A DNA stretch of 32,000 nt from Acaryochloris thomasi RCC1774 (GTDB lineage Bacteria > Cyanobacteriota > Cyanobacteriia > Thermosynechococcales > Thermosynechococcaceae), in the NCBI RefSeq assembly GCF_003231495.1, contig NZ_PQWO01000005.1:210001-242000 (forward strand). Direction: 5' to 3'. Shown piece after piece: positions 7,901-15,743 of this stretch; the first letter of the stretch is position 1; the number at the start of each line of letters is the position of its first letter. Position numbers and translations under genes: made by a program. The notes under the pieces are model-generated. The model was not told where the DNA came from and ran no database searches. It saw only the letters and a list, made by a program, of their open reading frames with translations.

Positions 7901-8716
7901 TCAGCGATCCCTTCCACTCATCTCATCGTCCTGAGCTGCTCGACGAACCGCTTCAACCTCAACCTTCAACTGCTTAGCAATCTGCTCAACCGTCATTCCC
8001 GCCTTCAGTAACACAGGAACCGTAACAGCCAACATTTCTGCCCGACCCTCTTCTCGGCCCTCTTCTTTGAGTTCTTGAGCAATTCGAGTCTCTTTCAATG
8101 TAATGTCCAGCATAGCTTCAACCTCTTCACGACTGAGATTCGCAAATTTGTAAACTGCGATTGTGGTGATTACATCAATTATCTCTTTTTTAGCAAGAAT
8201 CCCGGTATCCTCTTGCTTGACCTGTTGGATAAGCTGCTTGGCCTGTTCCGCAAGTTGGGCCTCGGGGGCAATCGTCAACTGCATCAAACTAACCCCGGCA
8301 TTCTTCTGATCGAGAGCGCCTAACTCATCCAAGTAAAATCGCTGCACTTGCGGACTATCCAATAGAGAGCGGTGGATGGTGGTGTTTGCTGGCTCTAGGC
8401 TCCGAGATGGATAAATCACGATGCCTCGCCAGTCATCGTATAAATATGGATTGCGATATAGGTACAGCAGTGCCTCCGCGAAAAAGCGGTGATACAGCAA
8501 TTCATCGGGCTGAAACTGGAACTCTGCGAAATAGATCACTTTGGGAGAGGCATTCTCAGGAGGTAGAAAGACCCCGTCGATGCGAAAGTTGGGTTCTTTT
8601 ACTTCAATAGATTCGAAGCGATAGCCCCTGACCTGATCGGGTGGATGGTCTAGCAGAGTGAACAACAGACTGGGGAAGCGTTGAAAAATTTTGTAGAAAA
8701 TGGCGTCGCGTTTCAT
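7901..8716 (-). CDS. Rpn-family recombination-promoting nuclease / putative transposase (cyanobacterial DUF2887 N-domain, DUF4351-like C-domain)
   Basis: 271 aa. The N-terminus is DAIFYKIFQRFPSLLFTLL...FRIDGVFLPP...VIYFAEFQFQPDELLYHRFFAEALLY (PD-(D/E)xK-like D...E.Q core). The C-terminal charged helix region is ELKEEGREEGRAE...GMTVEQIAKQL. This matches the multi-copy cyanobacterial Rpn/YhgA-like family as I remember it. Confidence 0.7.
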   Translation of the reverse strand: MKRDAIFYKIFQRFPSLLFTLLDHPPDQVRGYRFESIEVKEPNFRIDGVFLPPENASPKVIYFAEFQFQPDELLYHRFFAEALLYLYRNPYLYDDWRGIVIYPSRSLEPANTTIHRSLLDSPQVQRFYLDELGALDQKNAGVSLMQLTIAPEAQLAEQAKQLIQQVKQEDTGILAKKEIIDVITTIAVYKFANLSREEVEAMLDITLKETRIAQELKEEGREEGRAEMLAVTVPVLLKAGMTVEQIAKQLKVEVEAVRRAAQDDEMSGRDR

Positions 8717-8893
8717 AGGGAATGAATTTCCATTTGGTCTAATCCAGAGGCATAGAAAGATTCTTATCGATGATGGTGGTAAAGCGTGGAGTGCCGCAGC
8801 TTCAGGCGTAAGATTGGCGTATTCAGCATTTAGGAATTTAAGAAGGCAATATATGCTTATCTTCTGTTTTATGCGCCGACAGGAGGGTTGAGT

Positions 8894-9862
8894 ATGGATG
8901 TGAGTTTAATTATCTCCAACATTCTTAATCCCCCGGTTTTATTCTTTTTCCTAGGAATGACGGCGGTTTTAGTCAAGTCAGACCTTGAAATTCCGGCCCC
9001 TATTCCTAAACTATTTTCTCTCTACCTTTTACTGGCAATTGGCTTCAAAGGGGGCGTCGAACTCACTAAAAGCGGCATCAATCAAGAGGTGGTCTTAACG
9101 CTACTGGCGGCCATGATTATGGCGAGTTTGGTGCCCGTTTATACCTACTTCATTCTCAAAATTAAGCTGGGTGTCTACGACGCGGCAGCGATCGCAGCTA
9201 CCTACGGCTCCATTAGTGCCGTCACCTTTATTACCGCCAGCGCCTTTTTGACCGAACTGGGCATCGACTTTGACGGGTTCATGGTCGCCGCCCTCGCACT
9301 TATGGAATCACCAGCCATCATTGTGGGCTTAATTCTGGTGAATCTCTTTGCCATCGCCGACGACCGTGATTTTGCTTGGTCTGAAGTTTTGCGAGAAGCC
9401 TTTCTCAACAGTTCGGTCTTTTTGCTCGTGGGCAGCCTGATTATTGGTGCCTTAACGGGTGAGCATGGTGAAGAGGTGTTAGCCCCCTTTACCCAAGGGC
9501 TATTCTATGGCGTGCTCACCTTCTTTCTGCTGGATATGGGCCTCGTCGCGGCCAAGCGGATTAAGGACTTGCAGAAAACGGGTACATTTCTGATTTCCTT
9601 TGCCATTTTGATCCCCATTGTTAATGCTGCCATTGGCATCCTGATTGCCCGTCTAATTAACATGCCCCAGGGGGATGCGCTGCTGTTTTCAGTACTGTGC
9701 GCTAGCGCCTCCTATATTGCCGTGCCCGCCGCGATGCGGATGACGGTACCGGAAGCAAACCCAAGCCTGTATGTGTCCACAGCGCTGGCGGTGACGTTCC
9801 CCTTCAATATTATTGTGGGGATTCCGCTGTATCTGTACGGCATTGAGCTGTTATGGAGATAA
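8894..9862 (+). CDS. sbtA: sodium-dependent bicarbonate transporter SbtA family permease (short, about 322 aa form)
   Basis: Polytopic membrane protein with an SbtA/DUF897-type sequence: NPPVLFFFLGM...GFKGGVEL...ATYGSISAVTF...ESPAIIVGL...ASASYIAVPAAMR. I prefer the ATG at 8894 (AGGAGGG at 8881-8887) over the TTG at 8888. It is followed by a PII-like gene, as expected for sbtAB. Confidence 0.88.
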   Translation: MDVSLIISNILNPPVLFFFLGMTAVLVKSDLEIPAPIPKLFSLYLLLAIGFKGGVELTKSGINQEVVLTLLAAMIMASLVPVYTYFILKIKLGVYDAAAIAATYGSISAVTFITASAFLTELGIDFDGFMVAALALMESPAIIVGLILVNLFAIADDRDFAWSEVLREAFLNSSVFLLVGSLIIGALTGEHGEEVLAPFTQGLFYGVLTFFLLDMGLVAAKRIKDLQKTGTFLISFAILIPIVNAAIGILIARLINMPQGDALLFSVLCASASYIAVPAAMRMTVPEANPSLYVSTALAVTFPFNIIVGIPLYLYGIELLWR

Positions 9863-9866
9863 AACA

Positions 9867-10178
9867 ATGCATTTAGCCAAAAAAGTTGAGATCGTTGCTA
9901 ATTCCTTTGAACTTGCCAAAATTTTAGAAAAACTAGATCAATCCGGTGTTCACGGCTATACGGTGATGCGCAATGTGGCTGGGAAGGGTTTGTTCAGCGG
10001 CCCTCAAGATTTAGATTTCACGATGCTGGATGGGATTTACATCATGGCGTTTTGTCTGCCGGATCAGGTTCAAGATGTGGTCGGTAACGTCCGCCCCCTG
10101 CTCAATAAGTTTGGTGGTGCCTGCTACATCTCTGATGTGATGGAGGTTCGCTCTACTAAGTGTGTCGCCTCTCTGTAA
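9867..10178 (+). CDS. sbtB: PII-like signalling protein SbtB
   Basis: 103 aa from the ATG at 9867, 4 nt after the sbtA stop; the track ORF at 9813 begins inside sbtA. KKVEIVANSFELAKILEKLDQSGVHGYTVMRNVAGKG is the ferredoxin-like PII fold with a T-loop region. Confidence 0.85.
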   Translation: MHLAKKVEIVANSFELAKILEKLDQSGVHGYTVMRNVAGKGLFSGPQDLDFTMLDGIYIMAFCLPDQVQDVVGNVRPLLNKFGGACYISDVMEVRSTKCVASL

Positions 10179-10235
10179 TGTCATGAGGGTTTGCGCTCTA
10201 GGAGGCAGCCCTCCCGTAGTCTTTGGAGTCTGAAT

Positions 10236-10928
10236 ATGAATCAAAACTCTAGCGCTATCGGTCGTCGAGACTTGATTAAGCTTGTCTCTGTAGGGGCTTT
10301 GGGGTTAGCCAGTCGTCCCTTATGGAAAGCTCAGCCCGCTCAAGCGGTGATGCTCCCCAGCCCCAATGCTGCCCTTAAGCAGCTCATGGCAGGTAATCAA
10401 CGCTTTGCTCAGCACAAGCCGACCTATCCTGACCAGACGGTAGAACGATTGCAGGAGGTGGCCCAGTCCCAGTCTCCCTTTGCGACCGTTCTAACCTGTG
10501 CCGACTCCCGCGTACCTGTCGAAATTCTCTTTGATCAGGGGATTGGCGATATTTTTGATGTGCGTGTCGCAGGCAACATTGCGACCCCGGAGGTCATCGG
10601 TAGTATTGAATACGCTGTTGAGCTACTGGGCACCCCACTATTAATGGTGCTAGGTCATGAGCGCTGCGGTGCGGTCACTGCTGCTGTGAAATATGAGCCG
10701 CTGCCCGGTGATATCGGGACTTTTGTCGATGCGATTCTGCCTGCAGTGGAACGAGTGAAGGATCAACCGGGTGATACCGTAGACAAGGCTGTCGCGGCCA
10801 ATGTGGTTTACCAAATTGAGAAGCTGCAGCGATCGCCTTTGATTAAGATGCGATCGCAAGCTGGCAAACTCAAGATCGTGGGCGGCCGTTACGACCTAGA
10901 CTCCGGGCAGGTAAAGTTGATCGCTTAG
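10236..10928 (+). CDS. beta-class carbonic anhydrase with a twin-arginine (Tat) export signal (EcaB-like)
   Basis: The ATG at 10236 (GGAG at 10225-10228) gives MNQNSSAIGRRDLIKLVSVGALGLASRPLWKAQPAQA, which has an RRxLIK Tat motif, a hydrophobic core and an AxA site. The beta-CA zinc motifs CADSRVP and GHERCGAV follow. The track start at 10191 adds 15 unlikely residues. Confidence 0.88.
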   Translation: MNQNSSAIGRRDLIKLVSVGALGLASRPLWKAQPAQAVMLPSPNAALKQLMAGNQRFAQHKPTYPDQTVERLQEVAQSQSPFATVLTCADSRVPVEILFDQGIGDIFDVRVAGNIATPEVIGSIEYAVELLGTPLLMVLGHERCGAVTAAVKYEPLPGDIGTFVDAILPAVERVKDQPGDTVDKAVAANVVYQIEKLQRSPLIKMRSQAGKLKIVGGRYDLDSGQVKLIA

Positions 10929-10968
10929 TTTCCGCTCTGTCGATTGTTGTTAGTACGATGAAAATCGA

Positions 10969-12675
10969 ATGCCCCCCTCACGGTTAAAACTAGTCAATGG
11001 ACTGCATTTCAAGAACCTCCGAGGGGACTTTTTTGGTGGCATAACGGCAGCAATTGTCGCGCTCCCTTTAGCGCTGGCTTTCGGCGTTTCTTCAGGGGCG
11101 GGCGCAATTCACGGTCTCTACGGCGCTATCTTTGTTGGCTTCTTTGCAGCCCTATTCGGGGGTACGCCTTCTCAAATTTCAGGTCCGACCGGGCCAATGA
11201 CGGTGGTGATGGCGACGATTGTGACCACGCTGACGGCTAAGTACGGCGTTGATGTGGGCTTGGGGATGGCCTTTACCGTCGTCATGCTGGGCGGCATCTT
11301 TCAAATTTTGTTTGGGGTCTTCCAGCTCGGTAAGTTTATTACCCTGATGCCCTACACCGTGATCTCTGGCTTTATGTCAGGGATTGGCGTCATTATCATT
11401 CTGCTGCAAATTGGTCCCCTGCTGGGGCAAGCCGCTTCAGGCAATGTGGTGACATCCGTGGTCGAGATTCCTGCCGTACTTGCCAATATTGAACCGACTT
11501 CAGCGGGGTTGGGGCTGCTAACGCTAGCCATTGTATTTTTGTGGCCGCCTAAGTTAACGCGGGTTGTTCCGGCCCCTTTGCTGGCCCTGGTGATCTGTAC
11601 GCTGCTGTCAGTGTTTGTGCTGCCGGATAATCCTGACGTGCGGCTGATCGGTGAGATTCCTGCGGGGCTGCCTAGCTTTCAACCTCCAACCTTCAACGTT
11701 GCCGTTCTCAAAGAGATGTTGGGCTACGGTATTATGCTAGCGACCTTGGGAGCCATCGATTCGCTGCTGACTTCGCTAGTGGCCGACAACGTCACCCAGA
11801 CCCAACACAATTCAGACCGTGAACTAATCGGACAAGGAATCGGTAATTTTTTGGGGGGCCTCTTTGGCGGCTTGCCGGGAGCCGGGGCCACGATGCGAAC
11901 AGTGATCAACGTCCAGGCCGGTGGGAGAACGCCGCTCTCGGGGATGGTTCACGCGCTGGTGTTGTTGATTATTGTGCTGCAGGCTAGTAGCCTGACTGAG
12001 CCGATTCCGCACTCCGTTTTGGCCGGCATCTTGATCAAGGTCGGCATTGATATTATCGATTGGGCTTTCTTAAAGCGAGCCCATAAGCTTTCGCTCAAAG
12101 GGGCAGGGCTGATGTATCTGGTTCTGTTCCTGACGGTTTTCGTGGACCTGATCACGGCGGTGGCTGTGGGAGCCTTTATCGCTAATTTGCTGACGGTGAA
12201 GTCGTTGACCGATCTGCAGGTGAAGGACATGAAGACGATCGCAGACCCCACCGATGACGGATCGTTAACCGAAGCAGAACAGGATCTGCTGACCCAGATG
12301 AAGGGGCAAGTCTTGTTGTTCTCGCTGGGGGGGCCGATGAGCTTTGGGGCGGCGAAGGCGATCTCTCAGCGCATGAAAATCGTAGAGAAATATGAGGTGA
12401 TTATTCTCGATCTGAGTGAGGTGCCAAGGGTGGGGGTCACGGCCTCACTAGCTATTGAGAATATGCTCAAGGATGCCACTCGAAAGGGACATGCTGCTTT
12501 TCTGGTGGGTGCGAATGGTCAGGTGAAATCGCGCTTGAAGCACCTGGATATTCTCCATGACCTACCCGAGCATCACTGGTCAAATAATCGTCTTGAAGCG
12601 CTGCAACAGTCTTTTAAGTTGGTTCAAAACAACTTAGGGGGAATGACTGCGATGACAGATTCTCCCGGTGGATAA
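10969..12675 (+). CDS. bicA: SulP-family bicarbonate transporter BicA (membrane domain plus C-terminal STAS domain)
   Basis: 568 aa. SulP signatures are present (GDFFGGITAAIVALPLALAFGVSSG...ISGPTGPM...DSLLTS), and the C-terminal STAS region is VLLFSLGGPMSFGAAKAI...VIILDLSEVPRVGVTASLAIE. The CCM gene context supports BicA over a generic sulfate permease. Confidence 0.8.
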   Translation: MPPSRLKLVNGLHFKNLRGDFFGGITAAIVALPLALAFGVSSGAGAIHGLYGAIFVGFFAALFGGTPSQISGPTGPMTVVMATIVTTLTAKYGVDVGLGMAFTVVMLGGIFQILFGVFQLGKFITLMPYTVISGFMSGIGVIIILLQIGPLLGQAASGNVVTSVVEIPAVLANIEPTSAGLGLLTLAIVFLWPPKLTRVVPAPLLALVICTLLSVFVLPDNPDVRLIGEIPAGLPSFQPPTFNVAVLKEMLGYGIMLATLGAIDSLLTSLVADNVTQTQHNSDRELIGQGIGNFLGGLFGGLPGAGATMRTVINVQAGGRTPLSGMVHALVLLIIVLQASSLTEPIPHSVLAGILIKVGIDIIDWAFLKRAHKLSLKGAGLMYLVLFLTVFVDLITAVAVGAFIANLLTVKSLTDLQVKDMKTIADPTDDGSLTEAEQDLLTQMKGQVLLFSLGGPMSFGAAKAISQRMKIVEKYEVIILDLSEVPRVGVTASLAIENMLKDATRKGHAAFLVGANGQVKSRLKHLDILHDLPEHHWSNNRLEALQQSFKLVQNNLGGMTAMTDSPGG

Positions 12676-12707
12676 TGGAGCTATTCAAGACCAAGGTCGG
12701 TCTGGAG

Positions 12708-13130
12708 TTAACGGAACCAGTTCTCAATCTTTAACCGCTGAAAGTCTTGGTAGTCCGATTCATTGCGCGTCACTAGCGTTAAGTTGTTGATGATTGCGAT
12801 CGCAGCTATTTGCCCATCTATGTAGGGTGGAGTGCGGCCTATTGTTGCTAAACGTGAGCGCTCTGCGGCATGACATTTGGCGGCTGAATCATCGTAGGAG
12901 AAAATTTGTAATGTCCGTGATACAGAGGTCATGGCGTAGTCTTCAAGTTTTTGACGACGTTTGGAGCGGGGTAAACGATAGCAGCCAAATAGAAGTTCAT
13001 GCAAAACAACCGATGCTGTCGCAATTTCTGAGCGATTTTGCTTGAGTTTTTCTAAGACTTGAGGATTGGGCTGTAGTTTTGTCGCTTCGGAGAAAATGTT
13101 GGTATCCAGCAGAAAGACGGCAGCGGTCAC
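12708..13130 (-). CDS. vapC: type II toxin VapC (PIN-domain ribonuclease)
   Basis: 140 aa. The PIN acidic residues sit in FLLDTNIF, LHELLFG, IDGQIAAIA and TRNESDY. There is a 4-nt overlap with the upstream antitoxin gene. Confidence 0.85.
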   Translation of the reverse strand: MTAAVFLLDTNIFSEATKLQPNPQVLEKLKQNRSEIATASVVLHELLFGCYRLPRSKRRQKLEDYAMTSVSRTLQIFSYDDSAAKCHAAERSRLATIGRTPPYIDGQIAAIAIINNLTLVTRNESDYQDFQRLKIENWFR

Positions 13131-13405
13131 AGCTCGACCTCACGCCCCGGAGATTGATCCCGAATATCTTTAAAGACTTCATCAGGATCTAGATCGAGCT
13201 GCTCTCGTTCAAGTTCCTCGCGGAATTCGACTAGAGAATCCCAGAAGTTGGACTGTCCTGTAGAGATGCGATCGTATTGGTCAGCAGAGAGCAGCATGGC
13301 AACCCGCTTACCACGCCGAGTAATCTCTATGGGTGTGCCGTCTTCGGCATCATGGATAATCTTGGCAAGCTGATCACGAGCTTGAGCAATGGAGTACTGA
13401 TTCAT
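13127..13405 (-). CDS. type II antitoxin, Phd/YefM family
   Basis: 92 aa. MNQYSIAQARDQLAKIIHDAEDGTPIEITRRGKRVAMLLSADQYDRI is the Phd/YefM N-terminal fold, followed by an acidic C-terminal tail. A direct TGGCTAT repeat lies in its upstream region (13411-13430). Confidence 0.8.
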   Translation of the reverse strand: MNQYSIAQARDQLAKIIHDAEDGTPIEITRRGKRVAMLLSADQYDRISTGQSNFWDSLVEFREELEREQLDLDPDEVFKDIRDQSPGREVEL

Positions 13406-13475
13406 AGATTAAATGGCTATTAACTTGGCTATCTGAGTATAGCAACCATTTTGTAGAGCCATTTGGCTCCATGAT

Positions 13476-13808
13476 CTAAAGCAGTGCTGCATTTACTAAG
13501 TCTGACTCAGAGGGTGTTTTGAGGTTCAATTGAGGCTGAAGCGTGCGAATCAAAAATGCTTCGGTTTCCCAAACGAGGTGGGGGGAGATCTCTAGATAGG
13601 CTAATCTAGGCTGGTCTAAAAGGCTGGCAGGGGAATATTTGTGATGGCTCATCCATCTTTTTCGTAAATTGGCGGTGCCGCCTACGTAATGAATATGGTG
13701 ACAGGCGTCAATGATCAGATAGACGCAGGCTATTTCAGGAAAGTCCTTCTTTGCTGAGAGGGACATCGAAGGGAGCTTACTAACATCGATATACTCAGTC
13801 GGGTTCAC
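13476..13808 (-). CDS. minimal GIY-YIG nuclease domain protein (110 aa)
   Basis: ACVYLIIDACHHIHYVGGTANLRKRW supplies the GIY and YIG elements plus the catalytic Arg. ETEAFLIRTLQPQLN supplies the Glu and Asn. Its GTG start at 13808 overlaps the TGA stop of the upstream gene (GTGA). Confidence 0.7.
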   Translation of the reverse strand: MNPTEYIDVSKLPSMSLSAKKDFPEIACVYLIIDACHHIHYVGGTANLRKRWMSHHKYSPASLLDQPRLAYLEISPHLVWETEAFLIRTLQPQLNLKTPSESDLVNAALL

Positions 13809-14113
13809 AGGATAAACTCCTTGTTTGCCGCGATTTGATTGAGGCTAATCTCACATATCTCTTCGACGAGCTGATCCTGAAAATCTAGCAGTTTGTGGAG
13901 CGTCCCATCAATGCTGTCTGCTGCACCATCCCAGACTGGAATGCCTTGGGCAATGTTCTCTAATAATTCGATCGCCCTGACCCAAGAGGCTTTACGGCGC
14001 ATATCAAGGGTAGAAAGTGCGCTGTGTTTCTTCTTCAGGGCTGACGTTGTCTTTACCCCTGCTAGTCGATAGGCTTGCTGTTTGAGCTGCTGTTGTGTCA
14101 CAGAATTTGCCAT
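13805..14113 (-). CDS. hypothetical protein (102 aa), middle gene of the GIY-YIG operon
   Basis: The ORF is packed 2 nt after the upstream stop, and its own stop overlaps the downstream start. No family recognised. Confidence 0.55.
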   Translation of the reverse strand: MANSVTQQQLKQQAYRLAGVKTTSALKKKHSALSTLDMRRKASWVRAIELLENIAQGIPVWDGAADSIDGTLHKLLDFQDQLVEEICEISLNQIAANKEFIL

Positions 14114-14115
14114 TT

Positions 14116-14859
14116 TTAAAACTGGGCCATTTCGCGTAGCTCAGGATTCTTGATTTCCTCAGCATAGCGTTGGACATTTTGAAGTTTGACTTTGAGTGTG
14201 CCGATCTCTTTCTGCAGGTCTACATTTTTGGCTTTCTGTGTGTTGAAGTGGCCTTTGTAAGATCCTAGAGACTGATTGTTTTTGGCAAGTCTTGCGCGAT
14301 GCTCCTTTTCTTTGCCTAGATCTTTTTCCAATGCTTTGATTTTTGTTAGGGCTTGTTCATAGTCTTGGCGGATGCGATCGCACTCTTCTCGCAGTTCAAG
14401 ATTAGCCGTCTTTAGAACTGAGTTGACCTGCTCCCAATCTCGATTGTCTTGAACGAGCGTTTCATTGATCTTCTCAAGCCGCTTGATATAGTCTTCCTGC
14501 TCATCTTGCTGGATAGCCTTTTCCTTCAGTAGTTTCTTGATTTCTTTCTGAGCTTTTTCGTACTTAGCCTTTTTCTCTAGCAGCTGATTGCGTTGCTCTG
14601 CAACCTGATATTCCCGGTGGCGCAGCGGCTTCATCGTCGCCGTGTAGTGAAGGGCATGATAGGCCGCGACGCGATCGGCTCCCTCTAGCGCCTGAAATTC
14701 AGCAGACTCCAGCAAATCATCGTAGTTGGTGCAGCGGTGCCGTAACTCGTAGACCGGCATATCTTCAGAGCTGAGGATTAAGACTCTGTTCCGCAGAGCT
14801 ACTTGACTGCTCCAATATTGATATTGAGGATGATCTTTAGGGTCGCGGCTGGTCGCCAT
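14116..14859 (-). CDS. hypothetical protein: about 100-aa N-domain plus long coiled coil (247 aa from the ATG at 14859; the track uses TTG at 14871)
   Basis: The N-terminal region contains VYELRHRCTNYDDLLESAEF. From memory this resembles the RHxxTxYDxLL signature of DUF2293 (unverified). The C-terminal 150 aa are K/E-rich heptads (KAKYEKAQKEIKKLLKEKAIQQDEQEDYIKRLEKINE...). Confidence 0.55.
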   Translation of the reverse strand: MATSRDPKDHPQYQYWSSQVALRNRVLILSSEDMPVYELRHRCTNYDDLLESAEFQALEGADRVAAYHALHYTATMKPLRHREYQVAEQRNQLLEKKAKYEKAQKEIKKLLKEKAIQQDEQEDYIKRLEKINETLVQDNRDWEQVNSVLKTANLELREECDRIRQDYEQALTKIKALEKDLGKEKEHRARLAKNNQSLGSYKGHFNTQKAKNVDLQKEIGTLKVKLQNVQRYAEEIKNPELREMAQF

Positions 14860-15034
14860 GGAACTATACAAAAGGATACGCTAACCAGATAGTACCCAGA
14901 CAAATATCTAGCCAAATCAATTCAATCAGCTAAAAATATCGAAACAGTATTACCACAGAAATCTAAATTTTTCTGATAGTAAGAGTTGCGTATTTGCACT
15001 GAAACATACGGCCATAAAGAGATGCTATGAGTTA

Positions 15035-15066
15035 GAAAAAGAGGCTGGCCTAAAGCTAGTTAGGCC
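15035..15066 (-). terminator. probable intrinsic terminator of the DUF29 gene
   Basis: A perfect 7-bp stem, GGCCTAA (15047-15053) with TTAGGCC (15060-15066), overlaps the stop codon. On the minus strand a TTTTT run follows 6 nt later (A-run at 15036-15040 on the plus strand). Confidence 0.45.
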
Positions 15067-15676
15067 AAAAATTATCATCCAGTATTTGAGATTCTTGGTA
15101 GGGACACAATGTCGGAAACACTTCAATCGATTTTCGAGTCTCTCTTGCTGCGCCCTTTCTTGCCCTCGTATAGCATTCGTCTAAAGACTCAGATATGAGG
15201 GCCTTAAGACTAGGACTGTCTTTGAGTAAATCTCTGATCCCGTCTCTTTGTTTATCAATGGATCTAGCCCAACTATTCTCGTTCCATGAATTTTCAGTTT
15301 GCGGGTAAGACCTAAACTCAGGCTGATATTGCCACTTAAGCAAGTGAAGCAGTAACTCAGACAACCGGCTTTGAAGCTGGCGTCTATCCCTTCTAGCCAA
15401 GTCCTGTATCTCTTCAATCAGACTCTCTAACTCGATGTTGCTGAATTTTCGCTGCTGCAATAACTGAGCCGTTGTCTCAGCCCAAGTCACAAAGTCCTGC
15501 TCATACAGAGTCGTGGAAGAATCAGAATCAGCACCATTGGCTGAACGATGTCTAGAGTCTGGCAGCACCTTTCCTGCTGCATCATGCAGGTGCGGAATCG
15601 TTTTATAAGGTGGATTGGCTTGCTCTTCAGGCATGGCTTGTTTTCCTGTGTCTGCCCGTATTTTTCTGACTTGCAC
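15056..15676 (-). CDS. DUF29 domain protein with an N-terminal extension
   Basis: LYEQDFVTWAETTAQLLQQRKFSNIELESLIEEIQDLARRDRRQLQSRLSELLLHLLKWQYQP...FPTLCPYQESQILDDNFWP is the cyanobacterial DUF29 pattern. About 46-60 extra N-terminal residues precede it, with alternative starts at 15676 or 15634 and no closer in-frame start seen. Confidence 0.75.
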   Translation of the reverse strand: MQVRKIRADTGKQAMPEEQANPPYKTIPHLHDAAGKVLPDSRHRSANGADSDSSTTLYEQDFVTWAETTAQLLQQRKFSNIELESLIEEIQDLARRDRRQLQSRLSELLLHLLKWQYQPEFRSYPQTENSWNENSWARSIDKQRDGIRDLLKDSPSLKALISESLDECYTRARKGAARETRKSIEVFPTLCPYQESQILDDNFWPN

Positions 15677-15743
15677 TGCTTATCCCAAGTTTAGCGGATG
15701 GTTTGCGGAACCCGGTGGGCCTGTATCGCCCTAGGATAAGGGG

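Noticed and set aside
10201-10214. Small hairpin GGAGG-cagc-CCTCC between sbtB and the carbonic anhydrase gene as a possible attenuator
   Set aside because: It has only 5 bp and no U-tract, and it lies 10 nt upstream of the SD (10225-10228) of the next gene. The evidence is insufficient.
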